Source of the DNA: Mytilus trossulus
Taxonomy: Eukaryota
Reading direction: 5' to 3'
Length of the DNA: 64,000 bases
Assembly: GCF_036588685.1 (NCBI RefSeq)
Contig: NC_086375.1
Location: 38,130,001 to 38,194,000 of the forward strand
Under the pieces are notes generated by a model. The model searched no databases. It was not told the DNA's origin and saw only the letters and a program-made list of their open reading frames with translations. Within the stretch, counting starts at the first letter, position 1. Every line of letters starts with the position of its first letter. Below, piece after piece: positions 25,723 to 44,617 of the stretch. A program made the position numbers and the translations under genes.

Positions 25723-28700
25723 CCGGAACGTAATCCTATCACGGTCCGCTCTATCGCATTGCAAACGGCTTTGTCTGGTCTCAGTCGTCTTGTTTTCTGT
25801 AATTGTCGGGACTCTGACGTGGGTATCATTGACGAATTTCGTATTAATAACGGGACTGTTTCGGAACGGTTTCGGCAAAAAACGGTTCGTAATCGATAAT
25901 ATCTGGATGCAATCTGGACTCAATCGGCAGAAAAACAGCTAAGAAAAATTACTCCGGATCATTCCCGTTCAACAGGACACCGTCCAGAATACACAGGACA
26001 TTGTTCGGTATTTGATCCGATACAGCAGAATCTGTCACGACATAGCCACGATTGTAATCTGACTAGACAAAATCGGCTGAGTTGCCCCGAATGTTACGGG
26101 ACGCACCTAACTGTCGGAATGCTTAGCCGAACTATTCGGACCCTTCCCTACCCGTAGGAATCTGTTACGAACTAAAACGAATGCGTTCAGACAATTATAG
26201 GACATTCCAGATAATTGAGGATACTAATCCGACTTTTTCACTTTTCGTGTCGTATTGCTGTCTGGTCTCAAACGGGAGCAATAATCGGCAATGTGTGAAC
26301 CCCGCATTACCTTTAACTTGTTTGTCATCGGCTATCGATATAATAGTGTAAACTCAGACTGTCAGAGGCATTCCAATGGGGATAAATAGAATAAAGGTGT
26401 AAAGTAGATGCAGCTCATTCCACGAGAAGCAAAAAAGAAAGTGTAAGTAATCAACACACAAGTTTAAGTCATCTGCTAGTTATTCGTATTATTTGATTTA
26501 GGCGTTTAGAGCCTTTGGCGACCCTACAGTAAAAATGTCTATAACACGTCCGATATGACAAGTGATCGTAACAGACGAACGGTCATCTAATCTGACCCAG
26601 TCAATTGATAACATGAGCGCCCCACAATTGGTCTTGTCCACGCTGTTATAAGAATGATTCTATCAAGGAAAGGGTTTTGACGCACACAGTTCGTAATTGT
26701 ATAAATAAGATGTGGAATGATTGACAATGACGGACAATTTTCCACCAGTCTCAAGGAGACCAAAATTATGCAGAAGTTAACAAATTACTATTATAAACGT
26801 AGCTAATAGTTTGTGTTTTGTTTTCCTATTCTTATTATTTTTATGATTTTGTCTACAGATTTTTTTAACATTTCTAAACTTATAGTTATGTAATTTGTTT
26901 TTCTATTTTTCTTATGTCTCACGGAATATTTAACATTTTTTGTTTATCCATCATATTTTATTTCAATGTACTTAATAATCATAAAGTACCCCTAGTATGA
27001 CTAAAAGCAAGCAGTGTCATACACAAAACAAATCATAAATTTGATGACTAAATTCAAAAATTAAAAGTTTGATTGATTGACAAATTAGATATTCAGTCAT
27101 TTTATGGAAAGAATTGAATTTCTAATTATGAATTTATCACGAGACAATCATTTGAGTGTAAATAAAACATATTTGTAATTCCATTCCTAAATGTCTTTTG
27201 AAATTTTTGCGGTATAGAATTTATTTCTTTTCAACATGTAATCCCGAGATTTAGATTAGAATGAATTTCTTTTCAATTTTACATTAAGACATATAAATAC
27301 TTATCATTTCATTAACTCTCAATCTTTTTAAATACAATACAACCATTTACAGATTTTGACCACTTTGACAGAACAAGTGGTTTTCGGTACAAAGTACTGG
27401 ATTATTCTTGTAATATTGGTCATCTGATTAAAATTTGAACTTTTGTTTGGGTTTAATTATGCCATCTGTTCTGATTTTCGATAAGGATTAAATATCCGAA
27501 TTATAGGGATGTAAAACCCAGACATTGGGATTGGACATCATGCAATTTGTTTCGTAATTTCGTGGTTGTTGCTTGCATTGTTTTTTCTTTGAACGAACAA
27601 CTATTTATATGTCTTGTTTTTATTATTGTGAAATAAAAAAAACAATGACAAATTTTGTTTAGTATTCTCTATGTGTGTGACTGTACCAATTTTTTTGTCA
27701 CTATGTCACTTGTTCTGATTTTTAATATAGAATTATAGAGATGTAATACCCAGACCTTGGACATTACGCATTTGTTTTTGATCAGTTCGAGTTGTTTGTT
27801 GTTTCTATTGTTTCTGTTGTCTCTGTGGTTTTTTTTTGTATTTGGTAATTATCTAAATGTATTTTCATAAATTAGTAAAAATACTTATTTTGTCGTGTTG
27901 CCGTCCGTCTTTAGTATTCTCTTGAACCCTGTCACCAACTGATATCACCAAAACTTTCAAAAAACTCTTATGTGTTTATACTTGATCCGAATAATTTCTG
28001 ACTTTTTATCAAGTGACTTGATAATTTTTACACTGTCCTACAAAACTCGACAGAGAGAAAATCCATTAGCTTGTATCTTTTTTTAATAGTGCTTATTTTG
28101 ACATTTTTTGGGGTAGTGGTGTTGGAAGATTTTTTTGGTAATCTTTTGTTTATCATCTCTTTTATGGGCCCATGCGATTAAGAACTTTGAATATTGTCTC
28201 TTATTGAAAACCAAATGGTGACTGCTAGATGTTTTGTTTTTCTTGTTGTTGGGTGTTATCCCATCAGTGACAAATATCTTACACCCCTTTAATGATTTTA
28301 AGTACTATATACAGCTTTTTTTTCTGGTGTAAGTTGTCCCTGTTTATGCTTTACGTGCTGCTCGAAGATTGTTTTGTTTTATTTTTAATAACTTCATGTA
28401 TTGAATGTTATTACATTTAATATAGATGTAGATTTTGTAGGTAAATGCCCTCATTAGTTCCATATATATTGTAATAAGTATAAATGTATTACTTTATACC
28501 TAAAATTGAACTAACATAGCGTGTAGACGTACAAATTACTCAAATAACAGTTGTCTTATGTCAGCTGCTTATAAACAATTATATTTATTTAACTCCGAAC
28601 AAAATATATTCATTACCAACACGCAATTTGAAGCATTGTAACTGGGCAAAATTCCTTTAGTTGTATAGATCATATCTATATGTAATCTTTCAATATATCT

Positions 28701-30000
28701 ATTTTAGATTATTATTTTAAGAAATGTATTCTATTTTTATTATCATCATGTACCTTTCAGCATGGTTTATTTACAGAGGGTTATAAGAATACATAAACAG
28801 TAATAAGAAATTCAGTAAAAATATCAAGAATGTTGATTAAAACAGGATGTTTTGACAAAAAAATAACAATTTAGAAAAAGTAAACAAATAAAGTATCTTT
28901 AATTTTCTGCCGATGGTAGAGTCTTCTTGCACGGATTTATCATCACATCATGTACTTTGGGGTCACCTAGGAATAAACTTGTTTAACCCCTTTTTACCAC
29001 CAAACAACACGAATAAACTGAAGGAAAGATTCATTAATTACTGAGGGATTTGTGCTTGCTTAACGTCCAGTGACAACCAGTTCTGCTTTACAGAACGCTA
29101 CATTAGTCTTACTTCAAATAATGTTATTCAGATTATTGCGATATATGCGTACGTTCGGTTTTTAATAAATATAAATATTCTCAGTTTCGTTAAACAACTT
29201 TCTCAAATATATATAATTATGATCTTCGACCAGACGGGAAAACCCACAAATGTATCCATGTGAATATCCAACATAACAACATGGTTACGCCTTCATTATT
29301 ACGGAGGACTTATTTGAAGTTATTTGATCTGTATATATATAGTTGTGTGCTATTTCAGCGGCTTATTTTTGCAGTTTTTCATATATTTACAGTATTTCTA
29401 TCTTTATAGATTTGCCAATACATGATATTAGACCCCGGGTTTATTTTATTCTTACCAAAACAAATATAAGGACGCCTCCGGGTGCGGGAGTTTCTCGCTG
29501 CATTGAAGACCTGTTGGTGACCTTCTGCTGTTTTCTGTTCCATGCATGGTCGGGTTGTTGTCTTTTTGACACCTTACCAGTATCCATTCTCGATTCGATG
29601 TAATTTGTCATAAGTTTAACCAACATGTGATTTTGCCGATGCAACAAATACCCATAAACAACATAGAACTAGAGAACAGCCACGAGTTGGAAAGTGATAA
29701 GCTAAGCCAAAAACAACTACCAAAAGGATAAAAGATACAAGAGCCGACCTATGAGAGTACATGTAATTTATTTTACAGAATGCGACTGCTAATTCAAATC
29801 CCATTTTCAACTAATGTAAACCAAGCAGACTGACATGTAAATAAATTTCTAGATAGGAAAGATAAGTTACTTCATCAAATCGGCCCAATTGTGTGTCTGT
29901 TACTTAACCTTTTGGTTTAGTTTAAGCTAACCTAGGAAAGCCTCAGTCTTCGCCATGTGCATATTTCACCCCAAGTCTTCGTCAGATACAAAGAAAAAAG

Positions 30001-30184
30001 AAGATATGGTATGATTGCCAATGAGACAACTATCCCCAAAAGACCAACATGACACAGACATTAACAACTATATGTCACCGTACGGCCTTCAACGATGAGC
30101 AAAGCCCATACCGCATAGTCAGCTATAAAAGGCCCCGATAAGACAATGTAAAACAATTCAAACGAGAAAACTAACGGCCTTATT
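30001..30184 (+). repeat. Abundant dispersed repeat (GATGTGGTATGATTGCCAATGAGACAACT family); other copies at ~14590, 26710, 48533, 56299 (+) and ~11915, 25060 (-)
   Basis: Multiple similar copies occur within the window. I recognise this family as typical of Mytilus DNA. Confidence 0.8.
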
Positions 30185-30186
30185 TA

Positions 30187-30629
30187 GAATCATATTCGAA
30201 ACAGTGTGGTCCTGGCCATTGATTGACGATCTAAATTATCCCATTGACTAGGACAGATTAGGTGAACGTTTGTCTGTAACGACCATTGCTCACTTCTGAC
30301 TTATTATAGAATTTAAACTGTGGGGTCACCAAAGGTTCTTAACGCCTCTAATAATGGAAGAATTCGGAAAATTATTCAGGAATAACCTTTATGTTTTGAT
30401 TTATATTATTGATATAAATCTACACATTGTATTATTCCGGATTCGTTTTTCGAATTGCTTTATTTATAGGTGCTGAAAACCTTTGGTGACCCCAAATATT
30501 CAGTGTCTTTAACAAGTACATAGTGAGCAGTGGTTGTTACCGACAAACGTTCACCTAATCTGTCCCAGTCAATGGGATAATTGAGGTCGTCAATCAATGG
30601 CCAGGACCACACTGTTTTGAATATGATTC
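30187..30629. mobile_element. Foldback MITE with TA TSD, inserted in a dispersed repeat
   Basis: The arms GAATCATATTCGAAACAGTGTGGTCCTGGCCATTGATTGACG... are inverted almost to the centre. TA at 30185-30186 and 30630-30631. The host repeat resumes (TATTTA|TGTAAAAA). A decayed relative lies at ~26545-26660. Confidence 0.85.
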
Positions 30630-31981
30630 TATGTAAAAATTCACTTAGTTTGTGAATTCAATCATTATGTACTTATGCATGTTTATTTTAATACTCTTTT
30701 CATGAATTAAGATATAAAACACGAAAAGATATGCAGTTGTACATGTCTTCTTTGTAAAAGGATCTTGCTACAACATTGATGACTGACCTTATCAAGGTTA
30801 GCTTAAACTAAAAATCAAAAGGTTAAGCAACTGACATTCACTTAAAATATTTTAATGGAGTCACTTAAATTGTCATTTCAATATCATTTATGAAATTCAT
30901 ACATCTATTGCCATCACATAAATTAGGTTTACCTTATTCACAGGTGTATCTTAATTGCTTAGTAGTCTTTGATGTTAGACTCATTAATCAAATTTAAGTC
31001 ATGCATAGGTGCATAATTTTTAACAGAACCTGCTTCTAAATAGAATGTTGTATATGTATATAGTCAGTATCGCCCTTGTTCCATCATTGAACAATATTTT
31101 GAATTTGATCGATGTGTGTGTACGTGCATTATATAAGCAGAACGCAGACCATATATCAAAATTGCTAATTATATATTGCTTGATCTCTTTATATTGTTTA
31201 AAAATATGCCAATTAGACTTGCAGATATTTATACATACATTTTTTCATTCATTTAATTGCTTTGATTCTCAAGAGTGTACTTTTGATCTTTTAGATACGC
31301 TTTCGAATTCACTTAAGTAGCCAAAGTCAATTTTAAAGTAGCCGAAGTCCATTTTACAACTAGTATTGCCAAAGTCCATTTTACAACTAGTATTGCCAAA
31401 GTCCATTTTACAATATTGACAATAGCCTAGGTAAACTCAATACGATACGAAGATAATGACAACATTGGCTTTAGAGAAGCAAGCGTATTCTTACCACTTC
31501 AATTCAAATGTTGAACGTTAGGTCTTATTTCATTGGTGAGCACCATGATAACCTAAAAGTGTATGCATGTATAAACCCGTGCATGACGACACGAGTAGGT
31601 ATTCATAGGCAAAAAAGAAAAACAGACTTTGATGTTGGACTCATTAACCAAATTATATCATAATTTCAATATTTTTTTACGTTCTGCTGACATAATGTAA
31701 GTGCATTTGATCGAAATTATATGCCATAATGTAGGTTAATAGGTGTGTCACAGTCAGTGAAAGGCCGATTTTACACATTAATAAAGATCCAATAACCTTT
31801 TTAACTATATTCAATGTTTTAAATATAATTTATACAATTGATTCATATTCAACCTATTCAAATAATATTTCTACAGTCAATCATGAACCATATATAGAGT
31901 AGGAGTTTGAATACATTAACTGGCTGATCAACAAACTGAATGAATTTACAGTAGTATGACCGAATGTGTTTGTCATCCACT

Positions 31982-32100
31982 GTCAGGAATATGACAGTTG
32001 TTTCCAATTCGTTTGATGTGTTTGAGGTTTGGATTTTACCATTTGAATACGGACTTCTGTTTTGAACTTTCCTCGGAGTTCGGTATTTTTCTTTTTTTAC
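31982..32100 (+). repeat. Dispersed repeat (GTCAGGAATATGACAGTTGTT family); also ~62068-62215 and a fragment at ~49990
   Basis: Shared sequence among copies. Confidence 0.7.
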
Positions 32101-33921
32101 TTTTCGAAAAAGAAAGACAGACATGCCCCGTCTACTTTTAGGTCCAGTCTAGGACAGTGTCGGTTATACATCTGTAATAGATGTGTTTGTGTTTGTGTAT
32201 ACTTTACCGACATGGGTGTATTTTGCAAATAAAAATTATTATAATGTGCATTTTTATATCATTTACTGCATGACTCTAGTATAAACAGGCAAAAATCTAA
32301 ATAAAAATGAATTTGAGCTACTGTTTACTGGGACATGTTGGGAATGCTTTGTTGAAGATAACATCTATCAGTACGCATACTGACTGGTATGATCATGGTC
32401 ATTAGTATTGACAAACACCCCTCTCAGATCATTCACCTCTTTCTTTCCATCTTGTTGTTGTTTTTTAACGTACGATGATTACAGTTGCGGTAAAATCTCA
32501 TTATACTATTTTTCAACTTGGATTTTGATCAGTTTAAAGGACTATCATTCATAAATATGGAAATTTGATTTAAAGTATAAAGTTAAATCACGTCATCTAT
32601 AAGTATTTATGGTTATGTACATGTAAATCATAAATCATAATTGACTTATGTCTTTTTCCAAACCTGTTTATCGAAATAATGATGATCTTGTGACGAACAA
32701 TATTTTCTTTGTTGTGGCCACGCTCCCACCGCAAACAACAGTTGGAATATGTATTACCTAAATTGTACAATAACACAGTGAACAACTGTGTGATGAAAAA
32801 AAGGGGGGAAAAAAGGCACATTAAATCCAAAAAAAGCATTTGACACAACCATAAAGGACACACACTTTATTGCTATTCTCCATCTTCAGGAAAAGGAAGA
32901 CCAAAAGACAACCCTATTGCAATGGAAAATTATAAAATGGGGGTCTGGATTGGTTTACAGAAAAGAGAATATTGGACAAAAGGTGCAGAATAAAGAGATC
33001 AGGAGAATATTGGGCAAAAAATGCAGAATAAAGAGACCAGGAAATAAGAATGAAATAGAAAAAAATAGGACTTTAAAAAATATAAAGAATAGAGAATTAT
33101 GACATAAAAAACTAAAAAGTACAGAAAAAGAACCTCGTTTAGACCGTCGAAGTGTGGGCTATTAGTTCATGACACACAATCCCTCAACTCACTTTAAAAA
33201 AAACTCTAACCAAAGAAACGGCGCTTTAGGTATGTTACAGTGTTGTCTTTCGTATTATACAAAAAAATATATATCAATCAAAGACCAAAGTATAAAAATG
33301 CGAACAACTGCGATCACACTACCATTTTTAAGTTGTCCCACCGCAGTAGTTTCTATGGAAACTTATAAACAGGCTGTCAGCGCTATAATATCTGTTCCTG
33401 TTGGAACAAATATCCTAAACCATTAATTTCACCAGGTACACACTATGCCATATTTCTTCCCTTGGAAATAACAATATTTTGAAGGAGGGTATAGGATGAT
33501 AGGCCAGAGTAGGGAATAAAAAGTGCAGGTGGGATAAATTAGAAAATTTACTAGAATAATGAAAAATAAGCATTACAAAAATTATATAGAATAAAGCGGT
33601 GCTGAAATAAAGAGAATAGACAATAACGGTAAAAAATAATTCAAGATAGAGAAAAATGGTAAAATAAGATATAAAATAAAGAAATGAAGACAACATTCCT
33701 GTATACCAGATACTTATAAAGGAAGTTATGTTCCATGACAGACACGGCTTCAACAATATGTTCAAAAGTAAGACAAAATCAGTCTTAGTTTTAAGTTGAC
33801 AACACATTTGCCCATAAAATGGATTTTTTTTCACTCAATGGCAAAAGGGAAATAACCATTTGTGAAAATTCAATGTTTACATTTAATAATGTTATTTATT
33901 TACTTCCGGTAAAAAGAAATC

Positions 33922-36876
33922 ATGAAGAGCACTGGACATAAATTAGAACTTGGACCCCCAGTTGAACCTTTACATGATCTTATCAGTTCAGAGCGGTACA
34001 TAGACTCTTTAGGTATGTTAAAAATTAAGTTTTCACCTTATATTTTCTGAAGAAAACCGTCAAGTCAATGCATGTAATTTGAAGATAACCGTCAAGGTAA
34101 TACATGTAATATTCGCCGCTGTTCGTTAACATCTGACCTATTTCTATTTTCATTTATGATGATTCTGCATGCAAGTCTAAATTGATATTCACTCCCACTT
34201 CATCAATGCTGATTTAAAACCATGTACTGTAGAATAGTATTATTCTCTATTCATGCTTATGTAGTTAGAGGGGTAGAATGATCTCAATTTTCTGTTAGAT
34301 CGTTTATACTGCTGATCAATATTTAAAATTAAAGGATGTGGTATTATTATTCATGAAGAAGATATCACAATTATAGGTCACCGTACAGTCAGTTTATCTG
34401 AAATGATTTATTCATGTCTTTAATTAAGTGATTCAGATACGAGATATTTTAGAGAGGCTCGGGGATTTGGATTGTTATTATTTGATCTATTGTAAAAGCT
34501 TGTTGTTTTCTCAACGTTCAGAAGCAAATTTGTCATGCATTTTGATCTCATGTGCGAATTTGCTGTACTCCGATAAGGTAAACGAGGTTTCTATATATAT
34601 ATATATATGTATACACTAGAAGTGTTATTTTTTTGTATCTTTTTTTTATTCAAAGGTAAGCAAAATCATTTCAGTTTGTGAAAATCGTTCTACTTAGGCT
34701 TCTTCTTCAGTTTTTAGTTTTCTTCATTGTGTTTTGTGTACTCAGGATGTTATTTGTCTTTTGGGATTATTTTTCAAGTAAGTTTTTTTTGCAATGTAAA
34801 GCATTGTCAGTTTCAGTTGAACATCCCTTTGGTATCTTTCGCTTCTTCATTTAGCATCTTGTTATTGACACTGAAACTTAAACTTTATTTTCTTATTCCA
34901 GTCAGTATTCAATTTGAGTTTTACGTTTTTCTCTGAAATAAGTCCTAATCCGAAGTAGGTATTCATGATAGGTCAATGATAGTTGGTGTTTTTGTTGTTG
35001 AAGGAGTGTGAAATATAATATACATTATTGTTGTACTGTATAAACTGTAATACAATTCATCTAGTACATATGTTAATTCAGAATCGAATATCAACAATAA
35101 GTAATAACTGTAATAATTTATACAATTTTATTAACAACTACAAACTAGAACGATATTGATGCATATAACTGCATTGTATAAGTAACAGCTTATCTACATG
35201 TCAACAAGGCCATGTACATAGTTACAACCCTAGATGGAACCAAATAGCATCAATCGACTAATGAAAGCTATGTTTTACATAGACAAGTTTACCAAGATGT
35301 CTAGGGTACTGGGAACAATGAAAGTCGAGTTGTCATAGTGTCACAGAAGCATCGTTTCTAATTTAGAGACAAAAATGTGCTGCCGCCATTATGCATATCC
35401 TATATTCTCGGGTTTTTTAGGACTTCGATTTCTTAGAAAATATGATTTTCAGGTCGACACTTTTTAATTCCTGTATTCTTATTATTCCTATGCGTAGCCT
35501 ATACATGTCCGAATAAAATATGCTGTCTGGTCATGCCCTCTGTTTAACCTCGGGCCCAGTGGTCAATGTATTTGTGTAAAAAATACTTGAGCAGGATCAG
35601 ATAACCCTCTCGTGCACTTTAGATAACCCCTTGTTTTTGTAGGGGTTCGTGTTACTCTATTTTTAGTTTTCTCAGTTATATTCTGTAAACCTTAGTTTGT
35701 GTGTCTTTTGGTAGTATTTCGTTTTTTTCTGTCAAAGCATTGTCCGCTTTCCTCGACCTGTTGGACGTCACTTGGTTAGTGTACGGACGCACAAGCACTT
35801 GTTTCTATCCATAGGAAGGTCGACTATGCATTAAAAAAAACAAGTGCCTGTGTACGCACGCCTCTTTCAAAATAGGTATGATTCCTAATAGTGTTTTTGA
35901 CAGTCTACCATGTTAAGAATGTAGACATATTTGTTCTTGGAAAGTAGCTTATGTCATTTTGATATGTAGCCTTGACCTCTTGTTTTTTTGCTCTCCAGAG
36001 GGATGGAGAAAATGCTTAGGGAAAAATTACACATGGCTGGTCAACAATATGTAGATGGTCACTTATCCTGATTACATAAGTCTTATATTGGTTAACTTTT
36101 CATCAGTACACGTTTTGTATTTTTTTAATAAATTTTGTCAGACAGTCACACGGCATCATGCTTATAGTGTCCTCCATCTCATGTGTCCTGCATGCACAGT
36201 AAATATCGCATATTTTCTTTTATCGTTTTTTATTGTCGTATAGAAGCACACCATCTTACATGATTTCCATTCTATAGCTGGCTTGGTTGGAAATATATTT
36301 ATGAATGTCTGGATTGAGGCGTCTTGACCATTCATGTTTTAAGACCGTTTTGATCTGTATTCTTTATATTTCAGCCCAAAAACAACATTGATAACTTACT
36401 CTATTTTTCACTATCCTCTATTTTTTTTAATTTATTAAGCACTTTTTGTCAATATTCTGTAAACCTCACGTAGACCCTGATCCATGGTCATTTGCAGACT
36501 TTTATACTGGTCAGCACTTTTTTAATCGATTTATTTATTCAGATTCATTTACCATAACATACCAATCCAACATGTTTCTTCATCTGTTTGTTTTTGTTCT
36601 ATAGAGAGACGACTAAACAAAGTTAAAGGAAATCAGGCAAAGGAGCCAACTGCCAAAGAAATGCTTTCAGCCCTTGAAAAAACGAAAGAAGGCCAAATGC
36701 ATCAGTTATTGGATAGTAATACTCAACATTCATCTTCACAAGATCCATGTTTAGATGGTGCAGTTGTTAATAAAACGCATACTGGAAAACAACAAAACTT
36801 AGAAGAAATAGTAGCTCTTATTTATCAAGATGCTTTATCAAAAGACAAAGAAGACACCGAAACAGACAAAGGATGA
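33922..36876 (+). CDS. CCDC32: CCDC32-like coiled-coil protein, 2 coding exons (33922-34012, 36605-36876), about 120 aa; may lack a 5' exon
   Basis: The phase-1 donor TTAG|gtatgt joins acceptor ttctatag|AG to give PLHDLISSERYIDSL-E-RRLNKVKGNQAKEPTAKEMLSALEKTKE...NLEEIVALI. This matches my recollection of the CCDC32 core (PLxDSExYLASLEKKLRRIKG...EVTSKDMLRTL...EEVQYLI). AATAAA at 36996-37001. An ETS-like ACTTCCGG lies just upstream of the ATG. Confidence 0.7.
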
Positions 36877-37337
36877 TACTTTGGCCCTTCGTGTATTTTT
36901 TTCAATGGTTTATTTTAGGATAAATATGATAAATATGATAAATGATTATGTATGAACGTGACAAGGTAGAAATGTGAACTTCATGCCGGAAGGTTAATAA
37001 AATTGTAAAAAAAAGTGTTATTTTTTACTTGACAGTGTCGTTTTCATCATCATTTTATCGGATCCAACAAAGCTTAATAGCTAAAGGAAATATAAAAAGA
37101 ATTTTATTCATACAAATTGTTACACATTTTCATTTATACCCACACTTTTAGTATAAGTAAAGGGTTACCAAGTAAAGATAGGCGTCATATAACCCATCAA
37201 ATAGACTGCATAGTAAATCCCCATCTTTTTTTAAAGCATTCAATAACGCGTTTAAGTCATTTCTGGGTCTGACAGCTACTGAGTCGTAATGCTCAAAACA
37301 TTTGTGTCATTTTCTGTGATTATTTGATCTATTCTCC

Positions 37338-44617
<7,280 letters not shown>

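Larger units (their letters stand above)
17145..26306. mobile_element. PIF/Harbinger-type non-autonomous host element (~1 kb when inserts are removed) carrying nested insertions
   Basis: TIR AGCTGGGGTCACACATTCCCGATT vs reverse complement of the right end TGCGGGGTTCACACATTGCCGATT (20/24). TTA duplicated at 17142-17144 and 26307-26309. Host pieces: 17145-17343, 19037-19103, 22580-22727, 25727-26306. Confidence 0.8.

Noticed and set aside
22550-25923. Pro/Gly-rich ORFs at the Ginger-like ends
   Set aside because: Produced by G/C homopolymer runs in subterminal repeats.
29640-29770. Hydrophilic coding-like stretch ending EPTYES
   Set aside because: Internal stop and no supporting splice partners.
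33169-33229. Possible upstream CCDC32 exon (MTHNPSTH...GAL, donor TTAG|gtatgt)
   Set aside because: Phase-compatible, but has no similarity to the CCDC32 N-terminus and needs a weak acceptor.
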